From contig JBBIRR010000018.1 in assembly GCA_037441705.1 (NCBI GenBank), positions 1 to 64,000 of the forward strand: a stretch of 64,000 nt of DNA. The letters run 5' to 3'. The position numbers and the translations under genes are program-made. Shown here in pieces: positions 33,225 to 43,647 of the stretch; within the stretch, counting starts at the first letter, position 1, and every line of letters starts with the position of its first letter. A model generated the notes under the pieces. That model made no database searches. It saw nothing but the letters and a program-made list of their open reading frames with translations, and was not told the DNA's origin. Source of the DNA: Ignavibacteriales bacterium. Its GTDB lineage: Bacteria > Bacteroidota > Ignavibacteria > UBA10030 > UBA6906.

Positions 33225-33646
33225 CGCAAAGCCCGCTCGATGGCATATCGCCGAAAGGTGAAGAGAGCGGTCAGCCCGATGCCGATAAACGGCGCTACCC
33301 ACCACACCGGATCACAGTGAATCTCGTCGGTCAACAGTGTGCCGCCGGGCGTCGCCTCGTACTGATGGATGTGCCGCCACATGCGCATGAGCCTGCCCTC
33401 AGCAGTATCGATGAACAACGATCCGGCTTGGACACGCTCGATGTGCGATCGCCACCGCGCCGCGAAGAGGATGAAGTCCAACTCAAGGTCAAACGTCCTG
33501 CCTTCTTCAACGACGGTCTGTTCAGTGAGAATGCGCAGGCGAGGGAAGGGCGGCGAAATCTTTACGAGGTTCCGAACATCGCTGTAGAAAGCAGCGACCT
33601 TCTCCGGATGCGTCGGCACGATGTGTTGGTAGACAAAGTGCTTCAT
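33221..33646 (-). CDS. SRPBCC family protein
   Basis: NLVKISPP, WRHIHQY, GTLLTDEI, FTFRR. Confidence 0.8.
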   Translation of the reverse strand: MKHFVYQHIVPTHPEKVAAFYSDVRNLVKISPPFPRLRILTEQTVVEEGRTFDLELDFILFAARWRSHIERVQAGSLFIDTAEGRLMRMWRHIHQYEATPGGTLLTDEIHCDPVWWVAPFIGIGLTALFTFRRYAIERALR

Positions 33647-35133
33647 GTATTCTCCCGGCGAAGAATCAAATCTGCGGCGTGTTTTCCCGAAAGCAGCACC
33701 AACGGGATTCCTCCTCCGGGATGTACACTCCCGCCGGCAAAATACAGGTTCCCGATGCGCGACGACGTATTGCGATGGCGCACGAACGCGGACCGCCGGC
33801 TGTTGGAGGACATCCCGTACAGCGTTCCGCGCCAGGCATGGTAACGCGATTCGAAATCCGCCGGCATGATCATCTCCTCTACCTCGATCTTTTCTTCCTC
33901 GATCTGAATGCCCATGCTGCTGAGTTTATCGAGAATGATCCTTCTATACTCACGCCCCCATTCCGACCAGTTGTGACGCTGCGCCGACGATGGCGCGTCG
34001 AGCGGGGGCGCGTTCACCAGCACGAACAAATTCGAGCCACCCTCAGGTGCATGGTGCGGGTCGGTGAAAGACGTGTTGCAGACATACACGGTCGGGTCTG
34101 CCGGAATTGTGCGGTGTTCTACTAACGCATCGAACTCCGTGCGATAATCCGACGAGAAAAAGATGTTGTGATGCAGGAGCGACGGAAAGCGTTGCCGCAG
34201 GCCGAGCATCAACACCAGACCACTGAGCGAAGGATCGTACGAGGTTGCCTCTCGCCCGTTCAATCCAAGCAAGGAGCGATAGGTATAATCGACGTCGGCA
34301 TTCGAAACGACCACATCCGCACGAATCTCCTCGCCCGAGGCGAGCACCACCGCACGCGCTGTCATGTGTTCGACGACGATGCGCTCAACCGGAGCGTTGG
34401 TCTGCACGACAACGCCCAGTGATTGTGCGAGCCGGAGCAGCGCCTCGGCAAGCCGATAGATGCCGCCCGCAATATACCATCCTCCAAAAGCAAGCTCGAT
34501 GTAAGGAATGATGAGGAGCGTCGCCGGAGCGCGATAGGGAGACGACCCGTTATAGGTAGCAAAGCGATTGAAGAGTTGCTGCACCCGGCGATCGTGAAAG
34601 AAGGATGAGACCGCGGTGTTGTACGTACGGAAGGGATCGAGATGCACCAGCCGGGGAACGAGACGAAGGTTCCGAAGCACGCCTTGTAATCCGAGCGACC
34701 AGAGTGGCTGATAGAGAAACGCCTCTGCGGCAGCGTCGTACAATCGCTTGCCATGCTGCATGAAGCGAGGAAATGCCTCGGCGTCGCCCTGATGCAACGT
34801 CGCTATTGCCGCGCGTATCCGATCGGGATGTGTTGACGCATCGAGATGAGTCCCGTCGGGCCAGCGATAGCGGCACAGAGGCTCGACCTGCACCAACTGC
34901 AGATAGTCTTCAACGCGATGACCGACGGAGCGAAACAGTTCTTCGACGATGAACGGCATGGTGAGGAGCGACGGGCCGGTGTCGAACGTATAACCGTTGT
35001 GCTGGACGATGTTCATCTTTCCCCCCACCCGCTCGTTCTTTTCCAGTACCGTCACGCGGAAACCTGCTCGCGCAAGGCGAATTGCAGTTGCCAGTCCTCC
35101 GATGCCCGCACCGATGACAACTACCTGTTTCAT
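33643..35133 (-). CDS. crtD: CrtI-family desaturase, probably 1-hydroxycarotenoid 3,4-desaturase
   Basis: GAGIGG, FDTGPSLLTMP, QLFNRFATYNGSSPY, GGSVHPGGGIP. Confidence 0.75.
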   Translation of the reverse strand: MKQVVVIGAGIGGLATAIRLARAGFRVTVLEKNERVGGKMNIVQHNGYTFDTGPSLLTMPFIVEELFRSVGHRVEDYLQLVQVEPLCRYRWPDGTHLDASTHPDRIRAAIATLHQGDAEAFPRFMQHGKRLYDAAAEAFLYQPLWSLGLQGVLRNLRLVPRLVHLDPFRTYNTAVSSFFHDRRVQQLFNRFATYNGSSPYRAPATLLIIPYIELAFGGWYIAGGIYRLAEALLRLAQSLGVVVQTNAPVERIVVEHMTARAVVLASGEEIRADVVVSNADVDYTYRSLLGLNGREATSYDPSLSGLVLMLGLRQRFPSLLHHNIFFSSDYRTEFDALVEHRTIPADPTVYVCNTSFTDPHHAPEGGSNLFVLVNAPPLDAPSSAQRHNWSEWGREYRRIILDKLSSMGIQIEEEKIEVEEMIMPADFESRYHAWRGTLYGMSSNSRRSAFVRHRNTSSRIGNLYFAGGSVHPGGGIPLVLLSGKHAADLILRRENT

Positions 35134-35585
35134 ACAGCCTCATCCTCTTCAACATGGATCGACTCCAGCTGATGACGTCGAATGACGAACAACAACCCAT
35201 ACGGTTCACCGCCGGTACGGTGATGCAGTGCGTGTGCTTGCTTCAATTCTCTGAGGAACGGCAAGCGCAGCTTCAGCCATTTTGCCCGGCGATGGATGTA
35301 GAGGTCGTGAATGAAAAAGTACACAAGCCCATACGCGCTGATGCCAACACCGGCGGCAACTAACTCGCTCCTGTCCGGATCGCTCAAGCCATAGAGCAGG
35401 ATCAAGATCGTTAGCGTTGCAAAAATCATGGGAAAGATATCATTCCACTCGAAGATGCCGGAGCGCCGTTGGTGATGACTCTTGTGGAAGAACCATCCAA
35501 TGCCGTGATAGATGTAGCGGTGGGCGAGATACGAAACCAGCTCCATGATTGCAAAAGAGATCAAAGCGATGAGTACTTCTTTCAT
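35130..35585 (-). CDS. crtZ: Beta-carotene hydroxylase
   Basis: His boxes HRYIYHG, HKSHH, FEWND, HD..IHRR, AHALHH. Confidence 0.88.
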   Translation of the reverse strand: MKEVLIALISFAIMELVSYLAHRYIYHGIGWFFHKSHHQRRSGIFEWNDIFPMIFATLTILILLYGLSDPDRSELVAAGVGISAYGLVYFFIHDLYIHRRAKWLKLRLPFLRELKQAHALHHRTGGEPYGLLFVIRRHQLESIHVEEDEAV

Positions 35586-35618
35586 TGTTCTGTCCGAAAC
35601 ACGGTATCCGTTGATGTG

Positions 35619-37913
35619 TTAGAACTCTGCGCTGATCCCGATGGACGGCAAAATGCCGATCGCAGCATTTTCTTCCACCTGTTCGGTGCGCGCATTGTAG
35701 CGTGGGATACCGACCGGCTTGCGATTGTAGATGTTCTGCACGTCGAGGTATGTAACCAGCGTCCACCGATCGAAATGCCATCGGCGATCTACCCGCAGGT
35801 CCAGACTGTGATTGGGGCGCACTCGAACGCTGTTGTAGCGCGAGGGATTCTGGGTGCCGTCCGGTTCGTAAGGCGTGTACGGGCGACCCGAAGCGAAACG
35901 GAATCGGCCGCTCAACTCCCACCGTTCGTTGAAGACATAGCCCCCGCCGACGTTGACCACCCAGCGCTGATCGAAACTACCCGGCCGCTCGATGCCGTCC
36001 AGTGCAGTCGTCAATGCCTTGCCGTAACTGATGCTGACCGTGCCGTAACACGGAATCTCGGACAACTTTTTCTGAGCGAAGAGTTCTACGCCGTAGGCGC
36101 GTCCGGTTCCTGCGCTGCTCAACGGATCGAAGCCGAATGATGCAAACCCATCCTCCGTGCCTCCAAACCCTGCGCCGGTGTTTGAGAGCACGAGGTAGGG
36201 TCTCGTCAAGCTCGCCGGGTAGTTTCGATAGCGTTTGAAGTACGTCTCGAGCGTTACCTTGGTATCCTCGCGCACAAGCCAATCTACTCCCGCAATCCAC
36301 TGCGTCGAGCGGAGATGTTCCAATCGCCGATTGATCGGATTGGCGACAAGCCAGATGTATGATGGAGCCTGAGCGTACTCACCAACACTCAGGTTGATAC
36401 TCCAGCGCGGGTTTAGCCTGTAGGATGCCGCGGCACGCGGCGTGATGACAGTCTGCTTTTCAATGAGACTGAAGTACTCGATGCGCCCACCGACGGTCAG
36501 GCGCAGGTTCCCCATCACGTTGGAGAGCTGCACATATCCGGAGGCTTTCGTTGCGTTGGTATCGAACGAAGCTTGAAGCGCGATGGGATACTGGTATGTG
36601 GTCCGAAAAGAGTTCACGACGACATCCGATCGGAATTGAATCATTTTTGCCTGTGCACCGACGGCAACCTCAAGACCTTCCTTGACCTGATATAACAAAT
36701 CCCCGCGCAGCGTTGTCTCCGTTTCGCGGGAGGTATTGCGAAAGATCGGGGCGAGCAGGGAATCATCCTGACGATAGTTGAACGAGATGTCGGTACGGCT
36801 TGCGGTGAGTCGTGAATACCCGAACGGGAACAGATGTTGCCATGAAACGCCGCCGATGTATTGCTGCTGATCGCTCGCGAGCACGCGCGAATTGTTGAAC
36901 CGTTTGTCAGGCGTGTCGTTGAACAGACGGGTGTTATCGAGTGCAGCCAATCCGAGCACCGAGAGGTTGTCCTGAATTCCCAGTCGGTGTTTCGTCGAAA
37001 CGAGAAAGTCCCAATACTCAGGCACAAATCCGAACCCCGCGGCTTTGAAGATGAGATCCAGATAACTCCGCCGGGCAGAAAAGAGCATCGAGCTGTTGTC
37101 GGAAATCGGTCCTTCGAGGTTCAGTCCAAATTGCGTTGCGGAGAGCGTCGCTTTACCGCCGAAATCATCGCGCGGATCGCGCAGTGAGATCGTGAGAAGG
37201 GAGGAGAGCTTGTCGCCATGCGTCACGCCGAACCCTCCCGTTGAAAATGCCGTCGCTCGCACGAAGTCGAGGTTGATGAAACTCAACGGTCCGCCCGACG
37301 CGCCTTGCGTGCCGAAATGGTTGATATTGGATAGCTCGATGTTCTCCACCACGTACAGGTTTTCCGACGGAGCCCCGCCGCGAACGATCAGGTCGTTGCG
37401 CCCCGGTTCAGCTTGGGCGACGCCGGGCAAGATCGAAATTGCTCGCACAACATCTTCGAAGCCGCCGGGCAAGCGTCGAATTTCCTCGTTGGATTGTGTG
37501 TAAATGCTCAACGGCGCCTCCGGCGCTTTCTCGAACGCCATCGCACTCACATCAACAGCCTCGATGGGAATAACCGCTTCTTCCAGCCTCACCAAAACCT
37601 GAGCCGGTCGTGCCGCCGTCACAACGATGTCCGTCACTTCAGCGGGCACGAATCCCACGGCACTCACTCTGATTCTGGTCAGACCGAGCGGAACAGATGT
37701 AATCCGAAAGCGACCCTCGAGGTCGCTTGCGGCTCCGAGTGTTGTCCCAACAACGATGACGTTGGCGCCGATGACCGGCTGCTCGGTGATCGCATCGAGC
37801 ACGCGGCCGACGATGACCCCCGTGCGCTCCTGCGCATGAAGCGCCTGAGCAGACCACAAAACAATCAGCAATGCGTACAAACGATAGAACAATGTTTTCA
37901 ATCTTCTCTTCAT
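35619..37913 (-). CDS. TonB-dependent receptor with carboxypeptidase-regulatory-like N-domain
   Basis: Signal peptide, GRVLD..T.QPVIGANV, plug LIVRGGAPSEN, C-terminal Phe. Confidence 0.9.
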   Translation of the reverse strand: MKRRLKTLFYRLYALLIVLWSAQALHAQERTGVIVGRVLDAITEQPVIGANVIVVGTTLGAASDLEGRFRITSVPLGLTRIRVSAVGFVPAEVTDIVVTAARPAQVLVRLEEAVIPIEAVDVSAMAFEKAPEAPLSIYTQSNEEIRRLPGGFEDVVRAISILPGVAQAEPGRNDLIVRGGAPSENLYVVENIELSNINHFGTQGASGGPLSFINLDFVRATAFSTGGFGVTHGDKLSSLLTISLRDPRDDFGGKATLSATQFGLNLEGPISDNSSMLFSARRSYLDLIFKAAGFGFVPEYWDFLVSTKHRLGIQDNLSVLGLAALDNTRLFNDTPDKRFNNSRVLASDQQQYIGGVSWQHLFPFGYSRLTASRTDISFNYRQDDSLLAPIFRNTSRETETTLRGDLLYQVKEGLEVAVGAQAKMIQFRSDVVVNSFRTTYQYPIALQASFDTNATKASGYVQLSNVMGNLRLTVGGRIEYFSLIEKQTVITPRAAASYRLNPRWSINLSVGEYAQAPSYIWLVANPINRRLEHLRSTQWIAGVDWLVREDTKVTLETYFKRYRNYPASLTRPYLVLSNTGAGFGGTEDGFASFGFDPLSSAGTGRAYGVELFAQKKLSEIPCYGTVSISYGKALTTALDGIERPGSFDQRWVVNVGGGYVFNERWELSGRFRFASGRPYTPYEPDGTQNPSRYNSVRVRPNHSLDLRVDRRWHFDRWTLVTYLDVQNIYNRKPVGIPRYNARTEQVEENAAIGILPSIGISAEF

Positions 37914-37946
37914 AGTTGTTATTCCATTTTAGTGCTGCTGGCGAAT

Positions 37947-39380
37947 TCAAGCTTTCTGTCGCTTGACCTCGCCATACCACGTCTTGAAATGTGATGCTGC
38001 TTCTGTGTGATCGACGATCGGTGCAGGATAATCCTTTCCGATACGACAACCAACCTGTTCCTGAACGGTCGGCGGCATTTCGTGCGGTGCATGGATGTAT
38101 CGGCGAGGAACGTTGCGGAGTTCCGGCACATACTGCTTGATGTAGTTGCCCTCGGGATCGAATCGTTCCGCTTGTAAACGAGGGTTGAAAATTCTCAGCG
38201 GTCGCGGGTCCACTCCTGTACTGGCAGCCCATTGCCAGCCGCTGTTGTTCGACGCGATATCCAAATCCGTGAGATGTTCCATGAAGAATGACTCCCCTCT
38301 CTGCCAATGGATAAGGAGGTCTTTCGTGAGGAACGACGCGACGACCATGCGGACGCGGTTGTGCATCCAGCCTTCCTGCGCTAACTGACGCATGCCTGCA
38401 TCGACGAGTGGAAAGCCGGTCTCCCCACGGCACCATGCGGAGAACTGCGTGTCGCTGTCTCTCCACGGCAGATGCTCGAACTCCTGACGGAACGACTGTT
38501 GAGTCACATGAGGATAATGGGTAATGATGTAGTAGGCAAACTCGCGCCAGATCAGTTCATTCAAGAACGCATCGATCCCCGTCCGTTGTCCGGGCGGAGA
38601 TTGAGCGCGCCGCTCGTTGAGAGCGGTGAACACCTGACGGATCGAGATGACCCCGAGCGAGAGAAACGGAGAGAGGCAGGACGTTCCATCGACGGCTGGA
38701 ATATTGCGCGTCCTGTCGTACTGATCCACTTTACACTGCAGGAATTGCTGAAGCCGGCGTCGGGCGGCACGCTCTCCCGTTTCGATTGCCGTCTCGGAGA
38801 ACAGGGCGCGAAGGTTCGATACCTCTGTCGTCTCGCTCAGATCGGTCGGTGTGTTGACGCGCGACAGTTCCGGGAGTGGAGGCTGGATGTCCATGCTTCT
38901 CCGGAGCCAGGCGCGCTTGAAGGGTGTGAAGACGATGAACGGTTCACCGGCCTGCGTCATGAGGTTGGATGGTTCCAGCAGCACGCGATCCTTGACTGTG
39001 TGAAAAGCTATGCCGATCGATTGCAACGCCGAGGCGATCTTTGCGTCGCGTTCGTTCGTGATCGGATCGTGCGGTGCAACGGCAAAGACTGCAGCGGCGT
39101 TCACCTGCCGGGCAAATCGCGGTAATTGCGTTTCTGCCTCACCGACGATCAGGAACAACCGAGAACCACGCCTGCGCAGCTCGGCATCGAGCGCTGCGAT
39201 GTTGGCACGGACGAAACGGCGCCGAGGGGTGTCATCGCGGTAGCGGGCATCGGAGCGCAAGAAGAGAACGGGTATGATTTCATCCGCGTTTTGCTGCGCC
39301 GTGAAGAGTGCAAGGTTGTCCTCGACGCGGAGCGCGCGACGCATCCAGACGATCGCCCGTGTCTTGTTCGTGTTCGACAT
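37947..39380 (-). CDS. phrB: Class I CPD DNA photolyase
   Basis: WMRRALRVEDN, VFTPFKRAW, ELIWREF, TGFPLVDAGMRQL, WMHNRVRM, NNSGWQW. Confidence 0.93.
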   Translation of the reverse strand: MSNTNKTRAIVWMRRALRVEDNLALFTAQQNADEIIPVLFLRSDARYRDDTPRRRFVRANIAALDAELRRRGSRLFLIVGEAETQLPRFARQVNAAAVFAVAPHDPITNERDAKIASALQSIGIAFHTVKDRVLLEPSNLMTQAGEPFIVFTPFKRAWLRRSMDIQPPLPELSRVNTPTDLSETTEVSNLRALFSETAIETGERAARRRLQQFLQCKVDQYDRTRNIPAVDGTSCLSPFLSLGVISIRQVFTALNERRAQSPPGQRTGIDAFLNELIWREFAYYIITHYPHVTQQSFRQEFEHLPWRDSDTQFSAWCRGETGFPLVDAGMRQLAQEGWMHNRVRMVVASFLTKDLLIHWQRGESFFMEHLTDLDIASNNSGWQWAASTGVDPRPLRIFNPRLQAERFDPEGNYIKQYVPELRNVPRRYIHAPHEMPPTVQEQVGCRIGKDYPAPIVDHTEAASHFKTWYGEVKRQKA

Positions 39381-39381
39381 C

Positions 39382-40260
39382 TCACATCCTTCTCTCGGTC
39401 AATGCATGAGCTAGGTTCGCCAGTTGATCGCGTGCAGCGGATCGAGGGATGCGCTCTAAGGCGCGAAGTGCGGCATCCGTATAGTCTTGCACAACACGCT
39501 TTGCAGGTTCGCAATCACCCGGCTCGGATCGGGTCGCGAACGTGATTTTGCCGTTCTTCAGATCCAGGAGTGTCGGTTTGCCCAATTCTGATTCCGTCCC
39601 GACGACGTCGAGAAGATCATCTTGAGCTTGAAATGCCATGCCGATGAAGTAGCCGAACATCTTGAGCGCATGAACAGTAGATTCTTCGGTCACGGCGTGC
39701 AGGGCGCCCATCTCGCAGGCGACACGCGTGAGGGATGCGGTTTTCTTCCGCGCAACCTGATCGGGTATTGCCTGGGGTGTTTGCTCACCATCAACATGCT
39801 GCAGATCGAGCGCCTGACCTTCGCACAACTCTCGAAACGCAATGCTAAACGTCTGCTGGATACGTTCGCGCATCGGTACTCGAACTTTGCGGACCTGTTC
39901 GAACGCGAGGGCAATCAGGGCGTCACCGGAAAGGATCGCTGTCGGCACGTCGTACAGCGTGTGCAGTGTCGGGACCCCTCGCCTCAAGGGCGATTCGTCC
40001 ATGAGGTCGTCGTGGACGAGCGACGCTGTGTGGAGCAGCTCGATAGCCACAGCAGCATCCACTGACTGTCGGGGATTGCCCCCCGCAGCAGAACACGCAA
40101 GCATGCAGAGCAGCGGGCGTATCCTTTTTCCGCCCTGAAGAACATGGACAACGGCTTCTCGCAAGAAGGGAGTTTTCACGCTCCTGACGGACTCCGAAAG
40201 TCGCTCGTTGATGGCTGCAAGAGCGTCGAAAGATGGTTCGTTGTAGGGGAGAAGCATCAT
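39382..40260 (-). CDS. crtE: Geranylgeranyl diphosphate synthase
   Basis: GGKRIRP, HDDLMD..LRRG, QAQDDLLD. Confidence 0.88.
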   Translation of the reverse strand: MMLLPYNEPSFDALAAINERLSESVRSVKTPFLREAVVHVLQGGKRIRPLLCMLACSAAGGNPRQSVDAAVAIELLHTASLVHDDLMDESPLRRGVPTLHTLYDVPTAILSGDALIALAFEQVRKVRVPMRERIQQTFSIAFRELCEGQALDLQHVDGEQTPQAIPDQVARKKTASLTRVACEMGALHAVTEESTVHALKMFGYFIGMAFQAQDDLLDVVGTESELGKPTLLDLKNGKITFATRSEPGDCEPAKRVVQDYTDAALRALERIPRSAARDQLANLAHALTERRM

Positions 40261-40263
40261 CGT

Positions 40264-41193
40264 TCATCCTTCTTGATGTTGGGTAGAGAATTCGGGCGCT
40301 CTCACCGGGACCGACCGCGGGGAATTTCGCTCGACAAGGGCCTGAGCAGCGAGAAGGAATTTGCTCCATGTCGGTACGAATGCACGACGGCTAAACACAT
40401 CGTAGTCGTGTCGCTCGAGGTCGTCGAGAATAGCCGCGTACGTGCGGCGCATGAGTCGGACGCAGAAGCGAGAGCCGTCGTTCGTCAAGAATGGAATGCC
40501 CGCATCCGCGCTCTGGTAGTATTTGCGCGCTCGTGCGATGTTGTGTTGCATGAGCCGCCGGAAGTTCTCATTCCTGACGTGAGCAATCAGTTCGTGTTCT
40601 GAATACGAGAATCGCTCCAGGTCTTCTTGAGGAATGTAGATACGCCCGCGCCGTGCATCTTCCCCGACATCGCGCATGATGTTTGTCAACTGCATGGCGA
40701 TCCCTAAATCCACCGCATGCCGCAACGCTTTATGATCGGCAACACCGAAGATGTGAGTCATGATCAGTCCAACGGTCGAGGCAACGCAGTAACAGTACTC
40801 GCGTAACTCTGCAAACGTGGCAAAGCGCTGACGGTCGAGGTCCATCTCCACGCCGCGCAGCAGATCAAGGAAATATTCCTGCGGAATATGGTAGCGCACG
40901 ACCGTATCGAGCAGCGCGCGCAACCGTTTGTCCATGTGCGATGAGCGATTGTAGAGGTAGCGAAGCTGGTCGCGCAGGGCACTCAAGTGCAGTCTGGCGT
41001 GGTGCCGTGATTGACCGCCGTCGGCCAGTTCGTCGGCATACCGGCAGAATGCGTACACGGCGTAGGCTGCACGGCGCTTCTCGGCAGGCAGAACATGCGA
41101 TGCGAAATAGAATGTGCGTGCGTACCGGCGCGTCACCGCTTTACACCGTTCGTAATTTGCGCGAAGCTCGCGCTCGTCGAGGTATCCGTTCAT
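40264..41193 (-). CDS. crtB: Phytoene synthase
   Basis: YAFCRYADELAD, YCYCVASTVG, AMQLTNIMRDVGED..RGRIYIP. Confidence 0.95.
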   Translation of the reverse strand: MNGYLDERELRANYERCKAVTRRYARTFYFASHVLPAEKRRAAYAVYAFCRYADELADGGQSRHHARLHLSALRDQLRYLYNRSSHMDKRLRALLDTVVRYHIPQEYFLDLLRGVEMDLDRQRFATFAELREYCYCVASTVGLIMTHIFGVADHKALRHAVDLGIAMQLTNIMRDVGEDARRGRIYIPQEDLERFSYSEHELIAHVRNENFRRLMQHNIARARKYYQSADAGIPFLTNDGSRFCVRLMRRTYAAILDDLERHDYDVFSRRAFVPTWSKFLLAAQALVERNSPRSVPVRAPEFSTQHQEG

Positions 41194-42743
41194 ACGGCCT
41201 CCACCTCCAACGATACTCGAGGGTGTGTCAAATTTACGTTCCCAAAATCTTCGAGAATGCAGCGCTCGGTCGCTTCGGCCGAAAGCAGCACCCCCGGTAC
41301 ACCGCCACCCGGATGCGTACCCGCACCGACGAAGTACAGGCGCTCGATATCCTCGCTGCGATTATGCGGCCGGAAGATCGCGCTCTGAGACAAACGAGGC
41401 TCAAGAGCGAAGGCATTGCCGAGATATGCGTTCAGCTCCGATTGGAAATTCAACGGCGTAAATGTTTCGAGAACTTCGATATGACGCGTCAAGTCCTTTA
41501 AGCCAAAGCGATGTTCAAGATGGTGTAGAATTTTATCTCGGAACGGTATCGTCATCCGGCCCCAGTCGACGTCGCCCCCGAGGTGAGGGACAGGCACAAG
41601 GACGTAGAGACTCTCGCACCCCGGCGGCGCCATCGAAGAATCCGTACGGCTTGGCACGTGAAGGTACATCGAAAAATCATCGGCAAGAATTTTCCGATCG
41701 AAGATATCCTTCACCAGCCCTCGGTACCGCTTGCTCAGAATGAGGGTATGATGGTTCAGTTGCGGGTATTGGCGACGAACGCCGATGTAGAGCAGGAAAC
41801 AGCTCATCGCGACATGAAGACGGTCGATCTTCCGCTCCGTCCATGTTTTTCGGTGTCTTCGATCAATCAGATGCTTGTAGGTGAAGGGCACGTCCGCATT
41901 CGACACGACCGCGTCCGCTCTGTGAAATTCGCCGTTGGCAACAACTCCAACGGCTCTGTCCTGCTCGATGACGATCTCGCGTACTTCGGCATTGGTGAAA
42001 ATTTTTCCCCCCATTTCAACGAAGAGCCGCTCGAATGCCTGCACGAGACTGTACATGCCGCCGCGTGCATACCATACTCCGCCTTCCCGTTCAAGGTAGG
42101 GGATCATAATGTAGACCGACGGCGCCCGAAACGGAGAGCCTCCGATAAAGAGCGGATGGAACGAAAAGGCAAAGCGACTCCGTTCATCACGAAAATAGCG
42201 GGAGACGAAACGATAAACAGGAGTCATGCCGCCGAGCGAAAGTGCTCGCGGCATAAACTTCAAGAACGTCTTCCATGAATCGAACGGAGCAGAGCCTAAC
42301 CCTTCGCTGATCACGGCATCATAGATGGGTTTGATGTCCTGCATGAACCGATCGTACGCCTGTGCATCGCGAGGATCGAACTTTGCAAGCTCTGCCTTGA
42401 CTCTTGCAGGGTCGCCGGAATAATCGAAGCACGTTCCGTCATGAAAGTAGATGCGATAGTACGGGTCGAGAGGAACAAAATCGACATAGTCTTCCATCCG
42501 ACAGCCTGCGGATTGGAACACACGATCGATGATGAACGGCGCTGTGATGAGCGATGGTCCCATATCGAACGTGTAGCCATCCTTGACCAGTTGATAGGCG
42601 CGCCCGCCGACGCGGGAACGCTTCTCGAAGATCGCGACGTCGAATCCTTGCGCCTTAAGTCGGATCCCTTCAGCAAGACCGCCGAAGCCCGATCCGATGA
42701 TGATGACGCGTGGCTGCTTATTTCTTTGTTGAAGCATTGGCAT
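41190..42743 (-). CDS. crtI: Phytoene desaturase
   Basis: GSGFGGLA, FDMGPSLIT, GAGTHPGGGVPGVL. Confidence 0.93.
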   Translation of the reverse strand: MPMLQQRNKQPRVIIIGSGFGGLAEGIRLKAQGFDVAIFEKRSRVGGRAYQLVKDGYTFDMGPSLITAPFIIDRVFQSAGCRMEDYVDFVPLDPYYRIYFHDGTCFDYSGDPARVKAELAKFDPRDAQAYDRFMQDIKPIYDAVISEGLGSAPFDSWKTFLKFMPRALSLGGMTPVYRFVSRYFRDERSRFAFSFHPLFIGGSPFRAPSVYIMIPYLEREGGVWYARGGMYSLVQAFERLFVEMGGKIFTNAEVREIVIEQDRAVGVVANGEFHRADAVVSNADVPFTYKHLIDRRHRKTWTERKIDRLHVAMSCFLLYIGVRRQYPQLNHHTLILSKRYRGLVKDIFDRKILADDFSMYLHVPSRTDSSMAPPGCESLYVLVPVPHLGGDVDWGRMTIPFRDKILHHLEHRFGLKDLTRHIEVLETFTPLNFQSELNAYLGNAFALEPRLSQSAIFRPHNRSEDIERLYFVGAGTHPGGGVPGVLLSAEATERCILEDFGNVNLTHPRVSLEVEAV

Positions 42744-43647
42744 GTTTCCTTCGTGGCCCCGGTTTGAGATGGAACTGTTCTTTCACGAACGCAATAGCAT
42801 CTTGCACTCCGTCGGCTACATAGTCCGCCCGCAGTCCTACATCGCGGAGTTGGCCGGCCCCTCGACCTCCGACAACCATAATGCCCTTGTGAGCATGGAC
42901 GGCTTTTCGCAGGAGTTCGAGCTCCCGGAGTAACTGACGACGCTGCCGCACGATCGTTACGGAAACACACACCAGCGCAGGGCGATACACCGGAAGCTGG
43001 TCGGCAATGTCCGTCAACGGAGTATTCGGACCGATGTATTGAACATCCCACCCTTCGACTTCGAGACTGTATGCAATGCAGCGCAGGCCGAGAGCATGCA
43101 GCTCCTGCGAAGGACAGGCGCATACGACGGCCTTGTGGCGCGCTGGTTTTCGATGAAGACTCGCCGTCGAGAGAATGAGCGCGTCTTCGAGAGCGCTCGA
43201 CGCCGCATGTTCCTGATTCACCCTGAGCTTTCCGTTTTGCCACAATACGCCGATCTCCGAGAACGCCGGACGAAGAATCTCGTCCGCAACCAACGGAAGC
43301 GTGAACTGGTGTTTGAAGAGGTAGAGAAGAAGTTCTACCAACCCTTTTCGGTCGCCCTGGAGTGCCTCCTCCTTCAGCACAGCGGCGATCCGCCGATAGT
43401 CGCGCAGCGCCACGCCGATTTGCAACTGTTCCAATTGTTGCTGTGTCATCGGCGGCGGCTGTGCGCCTGCGAGTTTCAAGCCTTGCGATTCTGCAAAGCG
43501 TGCCACGTCGCTCAGGAGAAATTTTCTGTGGCCGCCGGGCGTACGGATGCAGGAAATTCTGCCGCTATCGGCCCACCGTTTGACCGTAGTTTCGGTCACC
43601 CCCAAAAGGGAGGCCACCTCGCGCGTCGGTAAGCTGGCTGGTTCCAT
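42718..43647 (-). CDS. CarH/LitR-type B12-dependent photoreceptor regulator
   Basis: MerR/excisionase-like HTH (RTPGGHRKF), W-x9-EH (WQNGKLRVNQEH) and ExHxxG (ELHALG) cobalamin motifs. Confidence 0.85.
   Translation of the reverse strand: MEPASLPTREVASLLGVTETTVKRWADSGRISCIRTPGGHRKFLLSDVARFAESQGLKLAGAQPPPMTQQQLEQLQIGVALRDYRRIAAVLKEEALQGDRKGLVELLLYLFKHQFTLPLVADEILRPAFSEIGVLWQNGKLRVNQEHAASSALEDALILSTASLHRKPARHKAVVCACPSQELHALGLRCIAYSLEVEGWDVQYIGPNTPLTDIADQLPVYRPALVCVSVTIVRQRRQLLRELELLRKAVHAHKGIMVVGGRGAGQLRDVGLRADYVADGVQDAIAFVKEQFHLKPGPRRKHANASTKK

Noticed and set aside
37513-37527. GGCGCC-TCC-GGCGCT in the TBDR gene as another mini-hairpin copy
   Set aside because: Imperfect, inside coding sequence (KAPEAP), and plausible by chance
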